DNA from: an uncultured delta proteobacterium
GTDB taxonomy: Bacteria > Desulfobacterota > Binatia > UBA9968
Direction: 5' to 3'
Length of the DNA stretch: 64,000 bases
NCBI GenBank assembly: GCA_963771465.1
Contig: CAVYTU010000009.1
Location: 128,001-192,000, forward strand
The first letter of the stretch is position 1, and each line of letters begins with the position of its first letter. The translations under genes were made by a program, and so were the position numbers. A model generated the notes under the pieces. That model was not told the DNA's origin and ran no database searches. It saw only the letters and a program-made list of their open reading frames with translations. Below are positions 1 to 10,545 of this stretch, piece after piece.

Positions 1-69
1 ATTGCTAAGCATCGAGTCGCTTTCATGGGATTGCTCCTTTTGACCAGCGCCTCATACATACGACGGAAA

Positions 70-1344
70 CTAGGATTTGCACAAGCCGCAAAGCTTGATT
101 GCAGTGAGGGCGTAGACCTGAGTCGCTTGCACGAGATCGGCGATCTTCATGGCCCGGTTGCCCGCGCCACTCAACGTTTCGCGTTGACGCGGCGGCCCGT
201 AACAGACAGACGGAATACCCACTTCGTTAAAAACATTCAGATCGCGCCACATGCTGGTTTCGGCGGACGGTGGCGCCGCGGGTTCGGAATTGAATATGTA
301 ACGGTGCGCTTCCGCAATCGCGTCGATGAGCGGCTCGGCATTCTTGGCGATGTAACCGCGCGAGTACTGGAACAGCGTCACCTCGCAATCGATGCCGAGC
401 GGCTTGATCGCCGCTTCGATGGCTTTTTTTACGTCGTTGGGATTTTTTCCCGGCACGATGCGCACGTCGATGAAAATATCGCAGAACGGATTGGGCCGGC
501 TGACCCGGCCGCTACCATGAACTTCGACGATCTGCGCCTTGGGAATGATCGTGCCGCCGGAAAATTTAAGGGTCTCGCGTTTTTCGTAGGCGACGGCCCA
601 TTCTTCGATGGCGCAAATTACCGGCGCGGCTTTGACAAAGGCATTGGGATTTTCCTGGATGGAATTTCCCCGCTCCAAACGCGGCGTATAAACTTCTCTC
701 CCCTTCACCCGAACCTTGTACCAGCCCGCGCCGCACTCCGCTTGAACGATGCCGAAGCCGGAAGTCTCCCCGACCAGCGCGTAATCGGCGACCACACCGC
801 GGTCGACGACCCACTTGGTGCCGAAACCCTCGCCGGGAAAATCGATTCCTTGCTGTTGACCTTCCGACGGGTCGCCGGTTTCGAATGCCACGGCGGTGAG
901 GGTGAGATCACCTTTGAGTTTGATCCCGCTTTGTTTGATCGCTCGCATGGCGATCATGAAAGCGCAAAGCTGCGCCTTGTCGTTGATCATCCCTTTGCCA
1001 AAAAGCATGTCACCCGTAACCCACGCGGTTTCCAGTTTCTTTTCGTCGTCAGTGGCATCGGGTCCGAGCTTCGGACCGGTATCCATATGAGCGTTCCAAA
1101 TAAGACTCTTGCCGTCACCTGTACCAGGCAAACTGGCCACCGCATTGACGCTTTCGCTGGTAATGAACTGTAGCTCGCCTGTAATTCCCGCTGTGCCGAG
1201 CCATTCGAGCACGGCCTCGCCGAGCTGTCGTTCCTGAGCGTGAAAACTGGGAGTGTTGCCGAGCTGTAGGCAAAGATCGACCAAATCGTTTTTCTGCTCG
1301 TCAATTAGTTTCATTACGGATTCGTAGGTCGAATTTTTCTCCAT
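70..1344 (-). CDS. M20/ArgE-DapE family metallopeptidase/deacylase
   Basis: 424-aa ORF; NAHMD, GKGMINDK, LVGETS motifs and dimerisation-domain layout of M20 enzymes. Confidence 0.85.
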   Translation of the reverse strand: MEKNSTYESVMKLIDEQKNDLVDLCLQLGNTPSFHAQERQLGEAVLEWLGTAGITGELQFITSESVNAVASLPGTGDGKSLIWNAHMDTGPKLGPDATDDEKKLETAWVTGDMLFGKGMINDKAQLCAFMIAMRAIKQSGIKLKGDLTLTAVAFETGDPSEGQQQGIDFPGEGFGTKWVVDRGVVADYALVGETSGFGIVQAECGAGWYKVRVKGREVYTPRLERGNSIQENPNAFVKAAPVICAIEEWAVAYEKRETLKFSGGTIIPKAQIVEVHGSGRVSRPNPFCDIFIDVRIVPGKNPNDVKKAIEAAIKPLGIDCEVTLFQYSRGYIAKNAEPLIDAIAEAHRYIFNSEPAAPPSAETSMWRDLNVFNEVGIPSVCYGPPRQRETLSGAGNRAMKIADLVQATQVYALTAIKLCGLCKS

Positions 1345-1345
1345 A

Positions 1346-3613
1346 TCAGCGACCTCGCTTTTGATCGCGCAGCGCCCGCCACACCCGCTCCGGCGTCAGT
1401 GGCAGCGTGCGAATGCGCACGCCCGTGGCGTTAAACAAAGCATTGCCGACCGCCGGTGCAACCGAAACGATGCCCGACTCGCCCATGCCTTTGGCGCCGT
1501 AGGGGCCGGGGCCGTCGCCGTTCTCGATTAGTGCAGTCTCGAAATGGTCTGGCAAGTCGGTGAAGCGTGGCACGCGATAGTCGACCAGATTCGCGTTGAG
1601 CGGCTGGCCGTTGTCATATTCAAGCGACTCAAACAGCGTATGGCCCAATCCCTGGAGCGCCGCTCCTTCATCTTGTCCTTCGGCTTGCCGTGGATTGATC
1701 GCCTTGCCGACGTCGGCGACGGTGACATAGCGATTTAGTTTTATCGCCCCGGTTTCAGCGTCGACGCTGATTTCCGCCGCGCCCATGCCAGTCTCCCAAA
1801 AAAGCGGCAAGGTTTTTCCGAGCGCGCCGTCGGGCTTCATGTAGCCGCGCCCGATCAGTTCACCCCCCGGCATGCCGAAGAACTTGCTGATAATTTGCCC
1901 ATAGTTCAACTGTTGAACGCCTGAGCGAGCTGCACCGTCTCTTAACGTGATCGTGTTCGGGCTCGTGGCAAAAGCTTCCGCGGCAGCTTGAATCAGCTGG
2001 CGGCGCAAATCTCCCGCCGCGGCTTTTACTGCGCTGCCCATGACGGTCGTCGAACGGCTGGCGCCGGTTGAACGATCAAACGGTGTGGCGCGCGTATCCG
2101 TGCCGCGCATCGTGACCCGTTCGACGGGAAGAAATAATTCCTCAGCGACGATCTGACAGAGAATCGTGCGCGCGCCTTGCCCGACTTCGGTGCTGCCCGC
2201 GAGTACAATCACACTGCCGTCGGCGAGCAAACGCACTAACGCAACCGATACAGGCATCGCCTCGGAATCCGACACGCCGACGGCGACGCCGATCCCATTG
2301 GCTTCGGTCCGCGATCGCTCATGCCAATTGAGCGCACGCACCGCCGCGTTGGTTCCTTGGCGCAGGTCAGCATCGATGGCCGTCGCGCCGAGCTTGAGTA
2401 CATCGCCGCGTTTGAGCAGATGGCGCATGCGAAACTCTAACGGCTCGATGCCGAGCCGGGCCGCGATCGTGTCCATGTGCGACTCCAAGGCCCAGATCGC
2501 TTGCGGCCCACCGATGGAGCGCATCGAACCCGCCGGCACCGTGTTGGTGTAAAGTGCCAGCACGTCGACATTGCAGTGATCCAGTTTATACGGGCCGATC
2601 ATTCGACTGATGACGCGCTTGGCGACGCGCGGACCATTGTCGGCATAGGCGCCGGTATCCATCAACACTTCCGCTTCCCGGGTAAGCAGAGTTCCGTCGC
2701 GCTTGACGCCGGTCTTGATACGCACGCGGGCCGAGTGACGACGCGTCGTCAGCATCGATTCCGCGACACTCTGCGCCAGGCGCACCGGCCGGCCGCCGGT
2801 CTTGCGCGCGATGGCGACCGCCAGCGGTTCGATTTTGAAATAGGACTTGCTGCCGTAGGCGCCGCCGACAAAGGGCACGATCACTTCGACCTTAGAATGC
2901 GGGTAGCCAAACATGTGCGCCAGCTCAGAGCGAACTAAAAACGGATGCGCCGACGAGCTCCAAAGCGTAATGCCGTCCGCGGTGACCCGCGCCACGGCGA
3001 TATGCGGCTCCATGGCGTACTGATAAATCATTGGAAACTCGAACGTCTCCTCAACGATCTCGTCCGCCTGACCGAAGGCTGATTCCGGATTACCTTTGAC
3101 GAACCGTTCGCGATGGCAAATATTGCCGCCGAAGAATTCACCGACACCCGCGACATCGTGAAACTCGCCGCTGGCCACCTGGCGTTCGTGCAATAACGGC
3201 GCGCCTTCAGCGAGCGCAGCGTCGATATCAGCCACACAGGGCAACTCTTGGTAGCTCACGTCGATGAGCGCCAATGCTGCTTCGGCGAGCAGTCCATCTG
3301 GCGCTGCTACCACAGCCACCGGTTCGCCGACGAAGCGCACGCGATCCGTGGCAACCACAGCACGGTCACGCAAACAATTGCCGTAATAAGGATCGATGTC
3401 TTTGAGGTCATCGCGGGTAAGGACGGCGACGACGCCGGGAAGAGATTCCGCTTTGCGGATGTCGATGGACTCGATCAGCGCGTGCGGTAGTGGACTGCGC
3501 AAAACCTTCGCTTCGAGTAGCTTAGGAAAACTGAGATCGCCGGTGAATTTAGCTGTTCCGGTGACTTTCTCAATGCCATCAATTCGGGCAACGTTGCTGC
3601 CGATTATCGTCAT
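1346..3613 (-). CDS. Xanthine dehydrogenase family molybdopterin-binding (large) subunit
   Basis: 755 aa; KVTGTAKF, VLRSPLPHA, GGAYGSK, GAKGMGE motifs. Confidence 0.93.
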   Translation of the reverse strand: MTIIGSNVARIDGIEKVTGTAKFTGDLSFPKLLEAKVLRSPLPHALIESIDIRKAESLPGVVAVLTRDDLKDIDPYYGNCLRDRAVVATDRVRFVGEPVAVVAAPDGLLAEAALALIDVSYQELPCVADIDAALAEGAPLLHERQVASGEFHDVAGVGEFFGGNICHRERFVKGNPESAFGQADEIVEETFEFPMIYQYAMEPHIAVARVTADGITLWSSSAHPFLVRSELAHMFGYPHSKVEVIVPFVGGAYGSKSYFKIEPLAVAIARKTGGRPVRLAQSVAESMLTTRRHSARVRIKTGVKRDGTLLTREAEVLMDTGAYADNGPRVAKRVISRMIGPYKLDHCNVDVLALYTNTVPAGSMRSIGGPQAIWALESHMDTIAARLGIEPLEFRMRHLLKRGDVLKLGATAIDADLRQGTNAAVRALNWHERSRTEANGIGVAVGVSDSEAMPVSVALVRLLADGSVIVLAGSTEVGQGARTILCQIVAEELFLPVERVTMRGTDTRATPFDRSTGASRSTTVMGSAVKAAAGDLRRQLIQAAAEAFATSPNTITLRDGAARSGVQQLNYGQIISKFFGMPGGELIGRGYMKPDGALGKTLPLFWETGMGAAEISVDAETGAIKLNRYVTVADVGKAINPRQAEGQDEGAALQGLGHTLFESLEYDNGQPLNANLVDYRVPRFTDLPDHFETALIENGDGPGPYGAKGMGESGIVSVAPAVGNALFNATGVRIRTLPLTPERVWRALRDQKRGR

Positions 3614-3690
3614 ACGGGCGGAAGATGGTTGAAGGCGATACAGCGACGCTAAGTCACATCCTGTTACCTTCGTGCGCTTTTTGTCCTAGG

Positions 3691-4722
3691 CTAGATCACC
3701 GACTGTTCCGGCAATATGGTTTTCAGCACGCGCGAGTAATTACCGCCCAAAATCATTCTGATCTCATCATCCTTGTAGCCATGGCGCTGCAGGCCGTCGA
3801 TCAAGTTGGGCAGGTCTTCTATTTCTTCGAAGCCTTTGATCAACGGATCCTTGTGCAACGGATGATGGCGGTCTTTGAGCGTGCGCGGGCCGTCATATTT
3901 AACGAAGTCCATGCCAAGGGCGAGATGCTCGATGCCGACGAGTTTGATCATGTAGTCCATGTGCTTGAGCATGTCCTCGACACCGACCTCGCCTTCGCCG
4001 ACGCGTTCCGGCAATGCGAGGATACCGACCAAGCCGCCCTGCTTGGCGATCGCTTTGATCTGTTCGTCGTCGAGATTGCGCGGATTTTTGAGCATGCCGC
4101 AAGCGTTGGCATGGCTCACCAGCAACGGTGCAGTGGCGACATCCAATGTCTGAAAAAAACCCTCGCGGTTCATGTGCGACAGATCGACGATCATGCCTAA
4201 ACGATTTGCCTCTTTAATCACCTGCACACCGAAATTCGTCAGGCCGCCACCGGTGCGGTTCTCCCAAACGCCGTCGCCGAGCTCGTTACGAAAATTCCAC
4301 ACCGGCTGGATCGAGCGCAAGCCCAAGCGATAGAAGTTACGCAGATTCTCGACGCTCCCACGCAGCGGCATGCAGCCTTCGAAATGGAGCAAAAATTTAA
4401 TGCTGCCGGCATCCGGCTTCTCGGGTAAATCGCCGCGCGTCTTGACCATCTGGATCATGCCCTCGGAGCGCGGCGCTTCTTCGAGAAACTGATCGATTTG
4501 TTCGAGGGCCGTTTCAAGATATCGCCCGGTATTTTGCGAATGCGAATAAGAATCGCCTGAGATCGCGTAAACTGTCATGTTGATGCCGTCGCGGATCAAG
4601 CGCGGCGCCACGCCATCGCGAATTGGCGCTTCTTCGCCGATCGATTTTCGATAGATTTGCTCGTAAACATCGCGATGCCCCTCGATCACAAGGCTACTCA
4701 TCAACAATTCCTTTGCGTCCAT
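3691..4722 (-). CDS. Membrane dipeptidase (peptidase M19) family protein
   Basis: GHRD, HFEG, VDLSH, SHAN, RNLDD, GMDF motifs. Confidence 0.9.
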   Translation of the reverse strand: MDAKELLMSSLVIEGHRDVYEQIYRKSIGEEAPIRDGVAPRLIRDGINMTVYAISGDSYSHSQNTGRYLETALEQIDQFLEEAPRSEGMIQMVKTRGDLPEKPDAGSIKFLLHFEGCMPLRGSVENLRNFYRLGLRSIQPVWNFRNELGDGVWENRTGGGLTNFGVQVIKEANRLGMIVDLSHMNREGFFQTLDVATAPLLVSHANACGMLKNPRNLDDEQIKAIAKQGGLVGILALPERVGEGEVGVEDMLKHMDYMIKLVGIEHLALGMDFVKYDGPRTLKDRHHPLHKDPLIKGFEEIEDLPNLIDGLQRHGYKDDEIRMILGGNYSRVLKTILPEQSVI

Positions 4723-4792
4723 CAGTCGCTTCTTTCTTGAAGGGGAAGTGGTATTGCGCTACTAATATCGGCTAACCCTTCCACAAGCAAGA

Positions 4793-6397
4793 ATGAATCG
4801 CCGCAACCCTTACCGCCATTTGATCAGCCTTGTCGCCATCAGCTTGGTGATGCTAGTCAGTGGCTGCAAGTCGGCGCCCAAAGGCGGCGGCGAAAATCAT
4901 TTCCGCGTCAATCTCGGCACCGAGCCGCCCAGTCTCGACTGGTCCATCGCCACCGATCACGTTTCGTTCAACGTCATTTCGAATCTCATGGTCGGCCTCA
5001 CCGAGTTCGACAAGGAGTTGAAGCCGGCGCCGGTGATCGCCAAGTCATGGGAGCTTCAAGACGGCGGCAAGAAGATCATCTTCAGTCTCCGCGATGACGT
5101 GCAATGGACCGACGGCAAAACAGTCCGCGCCCAGGATTTCGAATATTCGTGGAAACGTCTGCTCAATCCCAAGACCGCATCGCAATACGCCTACATCCTT
5201 TTCGACATCGCCAACGCTCAGGAATACGCCGAGGGAAAACTCAAAGACCCAGCCGCCGTCGGTGTCAAAGCCGAAAATGATCAGACCCTTGTGATCACAT
5301 TGCGCCATCCGGCGTCTTACTTCCTGGCGATTACGACTTTCGAAGTCACCTACCCGCAGCGCCAAGACGTGATCGAAAAATACGACACGCGTTGGACCGA
5401 ACCGGGAAATATCGTGACCAACGGCCCGTTTCGTCTGGCGTCTTGGAAGCATGAAAATCAGATCGAGCTCAACGCCAGTGCAAATTATTTCCGCGGCAAG
5501 CCGGCGATGGACAAAGTGACCATGTACATGGTCAATGAAAAAACCACTGCGATCACCATGTTCGAACAGGGTAACCTGGATTTCGTCGACGATCACAGCA
5601 TCGCGCCGCTCGACAAGCCACGCTTGTCGAAGCTGCCAGGTTACAAGCTGGTGCCGCAGCTGCGTGGCGAGTATTACGGCTTCGCCGTCGACCGTAAACC
5701 ATTCGACAATCCAAAACTGCGCAAAGCCTTCGCCCTTGCCATCGATCGCGAGGTATTTCCCAAGATCCTGCAAGGCGGACAAACACCCGCGACATCTTGG
5801 ATTCCGCCTGGCATGTTGGCGCACAATGCCAAAATCGGTTTGCCGTTTAATCCCAACGAAGCGCGCCGCTTGTTAAGTGAAGCGGGATATCCCGAAGGCA
5901 AAGGTTTGCCGACCATCGTTTTGGGCTACAATACTCAAGATGACCATAAACTCGTCGCCGAAGCGATTCAAAGCATGTGGCAAAAGCATTTGAACGTGGT
6001 GGTGCGCATCGAAAATCAGGAGTGGAAAGTCTATTTAAAAAAGCTCCAGAACGATCCCTTCGTGGTTCATCGCGCCGGCTGGGGCGCCGACTATCCCGAC
6101 CCGGATAACTTCATGAAGCTCTTCACGTCCAACAGCGGCAACAATCACGGCCGTTGGAAGAGCCCAAAGTTCGATCAAATGCTCGAGCTCGCCGCGCGCG
6201 AATCCGATAGCGCCAAGCGTACGCAGATTTACGACGAGGCGCAAAAACTTCTCACCGAAACTGACGCCGCCATTGCGCCGCTTTTCTGGAAAGCCGAAGC
6301 GACGATCTTGAGTCCCAAGTTTACCGGCCTGGAATACAATTCGATGGCGCGGATGGATTTGCGCAATGTAAAGCCCGTCGCACCGAGCGCGCGTTAA
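4793..6397 (+). CDS. oppA: Oligopeptide ABC transporter substrate-binding lipoprotein
   Basis: Lipobox LVSGC; EPPSLD, NGPFRL, WGADYPDP motifs of family-5 binding proteins. Confidence 0.9.
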   Translation: MNRRNPYRHLISLVAISLVMLVSGCKSAPKGGGENHFRVNLGTEPPSLDWSIATDHVSFNVISNLMVGLTEFDKELKPAPVIAKSWELQDGGKKIIFSLRDDVQWTDGKTVRAQDFEYSWKRLLNPKTASQYAYILFDIANAQEYAEGKLKDPAAVGVKAENDQTLVITLRHPASYFLAITTFEVTYPQRQDVIEKYDTRWTEPGNIVTNGPFRLASWKHENQIELNASANYFRGKPAMDKVTMYMVNEKTTAITMFEQGNLDFVDDHSIAPLDKPRLSKLPGYKLVPQLRGEYYGFAVDRKPFDNPKLRKAFALAIDREVFPKILQGGQTPATSWIPPGMLAHNAKIGLPFNPNEARRLLSEAGYPEGKGLPTIVLGYNTQDDHKLVAEAIQSMWQKHLNVVVRIENQEWKVYLKKLQNDPFVVHRAGWGADYPDPDNFMKLFTSNSGNNHGRWKSPKFDQMLELAARESDSAKRTQIYDEAQKLLTETDAAIAPLFWKAEATILSPKFTGLEYNSMARMDLRNVKPVAPSAR

Positions 6398-6517
6398 CTG
6401 TAAGAAACTTGTCTAAGCTTTGTTGCCATGGATTCGGAATTCATATAAGTCCCAAAGAGTTGCCGGCAAGCGCCGGCGATTGCTTAGCGAGTGAACGGCA
6501 GAGAGAAAGGCGAGGTC

Positions 6518-6997
6518 ATGGAACTCAGCGAAGATGATGTCTTGCATATTTTGAAATTGATCGATGAATCGAAGTTTGACTACTTTCAACTCGAAGTTGG
6601 CGAACTAAAAATAACCGTCAGCAAAGGCGACCCGATCCCCCTGGGAAATTCCGCGCAACCGGTGGCGATAAGCGCGACTCCGGCGGCTGCGCCACAGCCC
6701 GCGCCTGCACCCGTTGCCGCCGCCGCGGCGGCGCCCAAAGCCGCGGCGATTCCCGCTGGCCATCTTGCGGTCACGGCACCGATCCTCGGAACTTTCTATG
6801 TGGCGCCGGAGCCCGGCGCACCGCCATTTGTGACCGTCGGCCAGCAAGTCACTGAAGACACGACCTGCGGGCTCATCGAAGTCATGAAGGTCTTCAATAG
6901 CGTGCGCGCCGGCGTGAAAGGCACCATCGTCGAAGTCGTCGCCGCCAATGGCACCTTCGTCGAATTCGGCCAGACGCTGATCATCGTCAAACCTTAA
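6518..6997 (+). CDS. accB: Biotin carboxyl carrier protein
   Basis: EVMKVF biotinylation motif, Ala/Pro linker; ATG at 6518 after a GAGG RBS (ORF track starts at 6491). Confidence 0.88.
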   Translation: MELSEDDVLHILKLIDESKFDYFQLEVGELKITVSKGDPIPLGNSAQPVAISATPAAAPQPAPAPVAAAAAAPKAAAIPAGHLAVTAPILGTFYVAPEPGAPPFVTVGQQVTEDTTCGLIEVMKVFNSVRAGVKGTIVEVVAANGTFVEFGQTLIIVKP

Positions 6998-7011
6998 GCA
7001 TCGAGCTTATT

Positions 7012-7063
7012 GGGGACTGGCTACTTTTGTTTAAACAGAAGCGGCCTATTCCCTTGTTCATTT
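7012..7063. repeat. Degenerate inverted repeat, REP-like (AAGTAGCCNGTCCCC type)
   Basis: ggggactggctactt ... aagcggcctattccc in the accB-accC spacer. Confidence 0.4.
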
Positions 7064-7079
7064 CGATCCCGGAGCATCC

Positions 7080-8447
7080 ATGAGCGTTACCCGAGTATTG
7101 GTCGCCAACCGCGGCGAAATCGCGGTCCGGGTGATCCGCGCCTGTCAGAGTTTGGGAATCGAAACTGTCGCCGCGGTTTCCGATGCCGACCGCGAAAGCA
7201 TGGCGGCCAAAATGGCCAACCGCGCCGTGTGCATCGGTCCGGCGCGATCGACCGATAGTTATTTAAAAGTGGAAAATATCATCGCCGCGGCTCAGGGCAC
7301 CGGTTGCGACGCCATCCATCCCGGCTATGGTTTTCTATCCGAGCGCGCCGCGCTCGCCGAAGCTTGCGTCGACAACAAGATCACTTTCGTCGGCCCCAGC
7401 GCTGAAAACATTACGATGATGGGCGATAAACTTGAAGCGCGCAAAATCGCTCGTGATGCCGGAGTGCCGTTGGTGCCCGGTTCGGACCATGCGCGCAATC
7501 CGCACGAGGCCGCGCTGCTGGCCAAAGATATCGGCTTTCCGCTACTCCTCAAAGCCTCGGCGGGCGGCGGCGGGCGCGGCATCAAGCTGGTCTGGAACGG
7601 GCATGAGATCGAAGATACCTTTCGCACCGCCGCCGCCGAAGCGCGCGCCGCGTTCGGAAACGATACGCTTTACATGGAACGCTACATCGGCAACGCACGC
7701 CACATCGAAGTGCAGATTCTCGGCGATCAGCATGGCAACGTGATCCATCTCGGCGAACGCGACTGCTCGCTGCAACGGCGCCATCAAAAGATTGTCGAAG
7801 AAGCGCCCGCCTACGCGGTGGCGCCGGAGGTTCGCGCGCAAATGTGTCACGCGGCGGCGACTTTGGCACGCAGCATCGGATATCAAAGCGCCGGCACCAT
7901 CGAGTTTATTTATGACAACGACAGCGAAGATTATTATTTCCTCGAGATGAACACGCGCATCCAAGTCGAACACCCGGTCACTGAAATGATCACCGGCGTC
8001 GATTTAGTCGCGCAGCAATTACGCATCGCCCGCGGCGAGCCGCTGCCGTTTAAGCAATCCGACATAACCTTTACCGGCCATGCCATCGAATGCCGCATCA
8101 CCGCCGAGTCGCCGCAGCACGGCTTTCGCCCCTGCCCCGGCCTGATTGCCGAATGGCAGGGACCGGTAGGCCACGGCATCCGCCTCGACACCCACTGTTA
8201 CTCCGGCTACTTCGTGCCGCCATACTATGATTCATTGCTCGCGAAACTTATTGTCCACGCGGGCAGTCGAACTGAATCAGCGGATCGGACCAATCACGCC
8301 TTAGATAACTTTCACGTCACCGGCATCGACACACTGATCCCGTTTCTGAAAGTCGTCATCGCTGACGGAGAATATCGCGCCGGCAGGGTCAATACGCGCT
8401 GGCTGGAAAAGAAACTGGAAGACTACGCGGCCGCGCAGCCCCGCTAG
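7080..8447 (+). CDS. accC: Biotin carboxylase
   Basis: ANRGEIA, HPGYGFLSE, RDCSLQRRHQK, EMNTRIQVEHPVTE. Confidence 0.93.
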   Translation: MSVTRVLVANRGEIAVRVIRACQSLGIETVAAVSDADRESMAAKMANRAVCIGPARSTDSYLKVENIIAAAQGTGCDAIHPGYGFLSERAALAEACVDNKITFVGPSAENITMMGDKLEARKIARDAGVPLVPGSDHARNPHEAALLAKDIGFPLLLKASAGGGGRGIKLVWNGHEIEDTFRTAAAEARAAFGNDTLYMERYIGNARHIEVQILGDQHGNVIHLGERDCSLQRRHQKIVEEAPAYAVAPEVRAQMCHAAATLARSIGYQSAGTIEFIYDNDSEDYYFLEMNTRIQVEHPVTEMITGVDLVAQQLRIARGEPLPFKQSDITFTGHAIECRITAESPQHGFRPCPGLIAEWQGPVGHGIRLDTHCYSGYFVPPYYDSLLAKLIVHAGSRTESADRTNHALDNFHVTGIDTLIPFLKVVIADGEYRAGRVNTRWLEKKLEDYAAAQPR

Positions 8448-8514
8448 ACTCATCATCGAGAGTAAAAATATTTGGTCCGATACTCCAACGCTTTCATGCT
8501 ACATTTGTGCTTAG

Positions 8515-9432
8515 ATGGTATCGTTACTGTTTAAGCGATTTATTCACGGCCTTCTGGTTCTCTGGGTCGTTGCTACCTTGACCTTTCTCCTTCTCCGCCT
8601 CGCCCCCGGCGGTCCCTTCGACAGCGAGCGCAAGCTGCCCCCTGAAGTGATTGCTAACCTCGAAGCGAAGTATCATCTGAACGAACCCGTCTGGCAGCAG
8701 TACTTGCGCTATCTTGGCGCCATCGCGCAGGGTGATTTCGGACCGTCCTATAAATACTTGAACCGCGACGTCAGCGCCATCATCGCCGACACGTTGCCAA
8801 CCTCAACCCTGCTCGGTGCGCTGGCCATTGTATTCGCGCTGCTGACCGCTTTTCCCATTGGCTTACTCGCCGCATATTTTCGCAACTCCGCCATCGACCG
8901 CTTCTGCATGCTCATCGCCACTCTTGGAATTTCTTTACCGAATTTTATCTTGGGCGCGCTGCTGATCTGGGCGATCGCGTTGCAATTCGACTGGCTGCAA
9001 GCGGGACGATGGGACGACTGGTCAAGCGTGATTCTGCCGACTATTACCTTAGGCGCCGCACCAGCGTCCTACCTCACCGCCCTGCTGCGCTCGACCTTGA
9101 TCGAGACCTTCGGTGAAGACTTCGTCCGCACCGCGCGAGCCAAGGGGCTTACGGAACTTGTCGTCGTCGCCAAACATGCGCTCTGCCATTCGTTGATTCC
9201 GGTGCTAACCGTGATGGGACCGCTTACTGCAGCGTTGCTCACCGGATCGTTCGTGGTCGAATACGTCTTTGCTATTCCCGGCATGGGACGATTTTTCATC
9301 ACCGCCGTCACCGACCGCGATTATCCGCTGATCATGGGCGTCACGTTGGTCTACACGGCGTTACTCGTCTGCACGAACCTATTGGTCGATTTGCTCTACA
9401 GCTACGTCGATCCGCGGATCAGAACGGAGTGA
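8515..9432 (+). CDS. oppB: Oligopeptide ABC transporter permease
   Basis: PGGPFD, DFGPSY, TARAKGL EAA loop. Confidence 0.9.
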   Translation: MVSLLFKRFIHGLLVLWVVATLTFLLLRLAPGGPFDSERKLPPEVIANLEAKYHLNEPVWQQYLRYLGAIAQGDFGPSYKYLNRDVSAIIADTLPTSTLLGALAIVFALLTAFPIGLLAAYFRNSAIDRFCMLIATLGISLPNFILGALLIWAIALQFDWLQAGRWDDWSSVILPTITLGAAPASYLTALLRSTLIETFGEDFVRTARAKGLTELVVVAKHALCHSLIPVLTVMGPLTAALLTGSFVVEYVFAIPGMGRFFITAVTDRDYPLIMGVTLVYTALLVCTNLLVDLLYSYVDPRIRTE

Positions 9433-9438
9433 TCGGGC

Positions 9439-10290
9439 GTGCTCATGGATACCAACGCCACACGCAACCCGTTTCATGTCACGCCGCTGCTCGGTGCTAG
9501 CGCCGGCTTCATCGCTGTCATCGTAATGGTCGCCGTCTTCGCACCGTGGATTTCGCCCTATGCGATCGGCGGTCTAGACGAGAAACGTTTGCTCGAATCA
9601 CCGAGTTGGGCACACTGGTTGGGCACAGATGGACTCGGCCGCGATCTTTTCACGCGGGTACTGTACGGCGCCCGTGTTTCGCTCGCAGTCGGACTCGGAA
9701 CTTCGCTCATCGCATTGGTCATCGGCACGATTTACGGCCTCATCGCGGGCTTCAAAGGCGGCAACTGGGATCACGCCATGATGCGCGTCGTCGATATTTT
9801 TTACGGCCTGCCCGATATGCTGATTTTTATTTTGCTGTCGCTCTTGTTTGGCCGGAACATCGGCGGCTTGCTGATCGCACTCGGTCTGGTCAGTTGGGTG
9901 CGCTTCGCGCGCATCGTACGCGGCCAGGTGTTGCAAGCCAAAGAGTTTCTTTTCGTGGAAAGCGCCAGATCACTCGGCGCCTCGCGCCGCCGCATCGTAC
10001 TTTGCCACATCTTGCCGAACATCGTCGGGCCGATCATCGTCACGCTGACTTTTAGCATTCCGGCGGCGATCCTCGCCGAATCGACGCTTAGCTTCATCGG
10101 CATCGGCATCAACGATCCATACAGCACTTGGGGCACCAGTTGGGGCACGTTAGCGCAAGACGGCTATCGCGCCATGCGCAGCTATCCCCACGTGATCGCG
10201 TTCCCCGCGTCGGCGATATTTTTCACCATTCTCGCGTTTAACACGCTCGGCAACGGCGTGCGCGATTTGCTCGATCCAAAACAGAAATGA
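9439..10290 (+). CDS. oppC: Oligopeptide ABC transporter permease
   Basis: HWLGTDGLGRDLFTR, ESARSLGAS, LRDLLDP-like C-terminus. Confidence 0.9.
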   Translation: MLMDTNATRNPFHVTPLLGASAGFIAVIVMVAVFAPWISPYAIGGLDEKRLLESPSWAHWLGTDGLGRDLFTRVLYGARVSLAVGLGTSLIALVIGTIYGLIAGFKGGNWDHAMMRVVDIFYGLPDMLIFILLSLLFGRNIGGLLIALGLVSWVRFARIVRGQVLQAKEFLFVESARSLGASRRRIVLCHILPNIVGPIIVTLTFSIPAAILAESTLSFIGIGINDPYSTWGTSWGTLAQDGYRAMRSYPHVIAFPASAIFFTILAFNTLGNGVRDLLDPKQK

Positions 10291-10326
10291 CATGCGAAAT
10301 GGACGCGGGTAAAAGCGCGCGATTCG

Positions 10327-10355
10327 TTGACTTAGCGTGATATTCCCGTTATTAA
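10327..10355 (+). promoter_or_regulatory. Sigma70-type promoter of tRNA-Lys
   Basis: TTGACT-17 bp-TATTAA, 25 bp upstream of the tRNA. Confidence 0.7.
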
Positions 10356-10380
10356 AGAGTCTCGATTTTTTTCTGCCAGC

Positions 10381-10456
10381 GGGCCGTTAGCTCAGGCGGT
10401 AGAGCATCTGCCTTTTAAGCAGAGGGTCGCCGGTTCGAATCCGGCACGGCTCACCA
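10381..10456 (+). tRNA. tRNA-Lys (anticodon UUU)
   Basis: GGGCCGT acceptor stem, D arm, CT-TTT-AA anticodon loop, GGTTCGAATCC T arm, encoded CCA. Confidence 0.97.
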
Positions 10457-10512
10457 AAATTCCCCTGCATTTTCAAGCATCCGCTATCGACTCAGATAAC
10501 AGTTCGCGTCAT

Positions 10513-10542
10513 TGTCAGTGAATTGTCCGTGTTCTGTCCGTG
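10513..10542 (+). repeat. Putative integrase arm-type sites, TGTC(C/A)GTG x3
   Basis: Copies at 10513, 10524 and 10535 (11-bp period); related pairs at 15860/15871 and 16661/16672. Confidence 0.6.
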
Positions 10543-10545
10543 TTC

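Noticed and set aside
25-1173. Long antisense ORFs (also 45264-46229, 55841-56854, 58299-59108)
   Set aside because: Shadows of well-supported genes on the opposite strand in GC-rich DNA.
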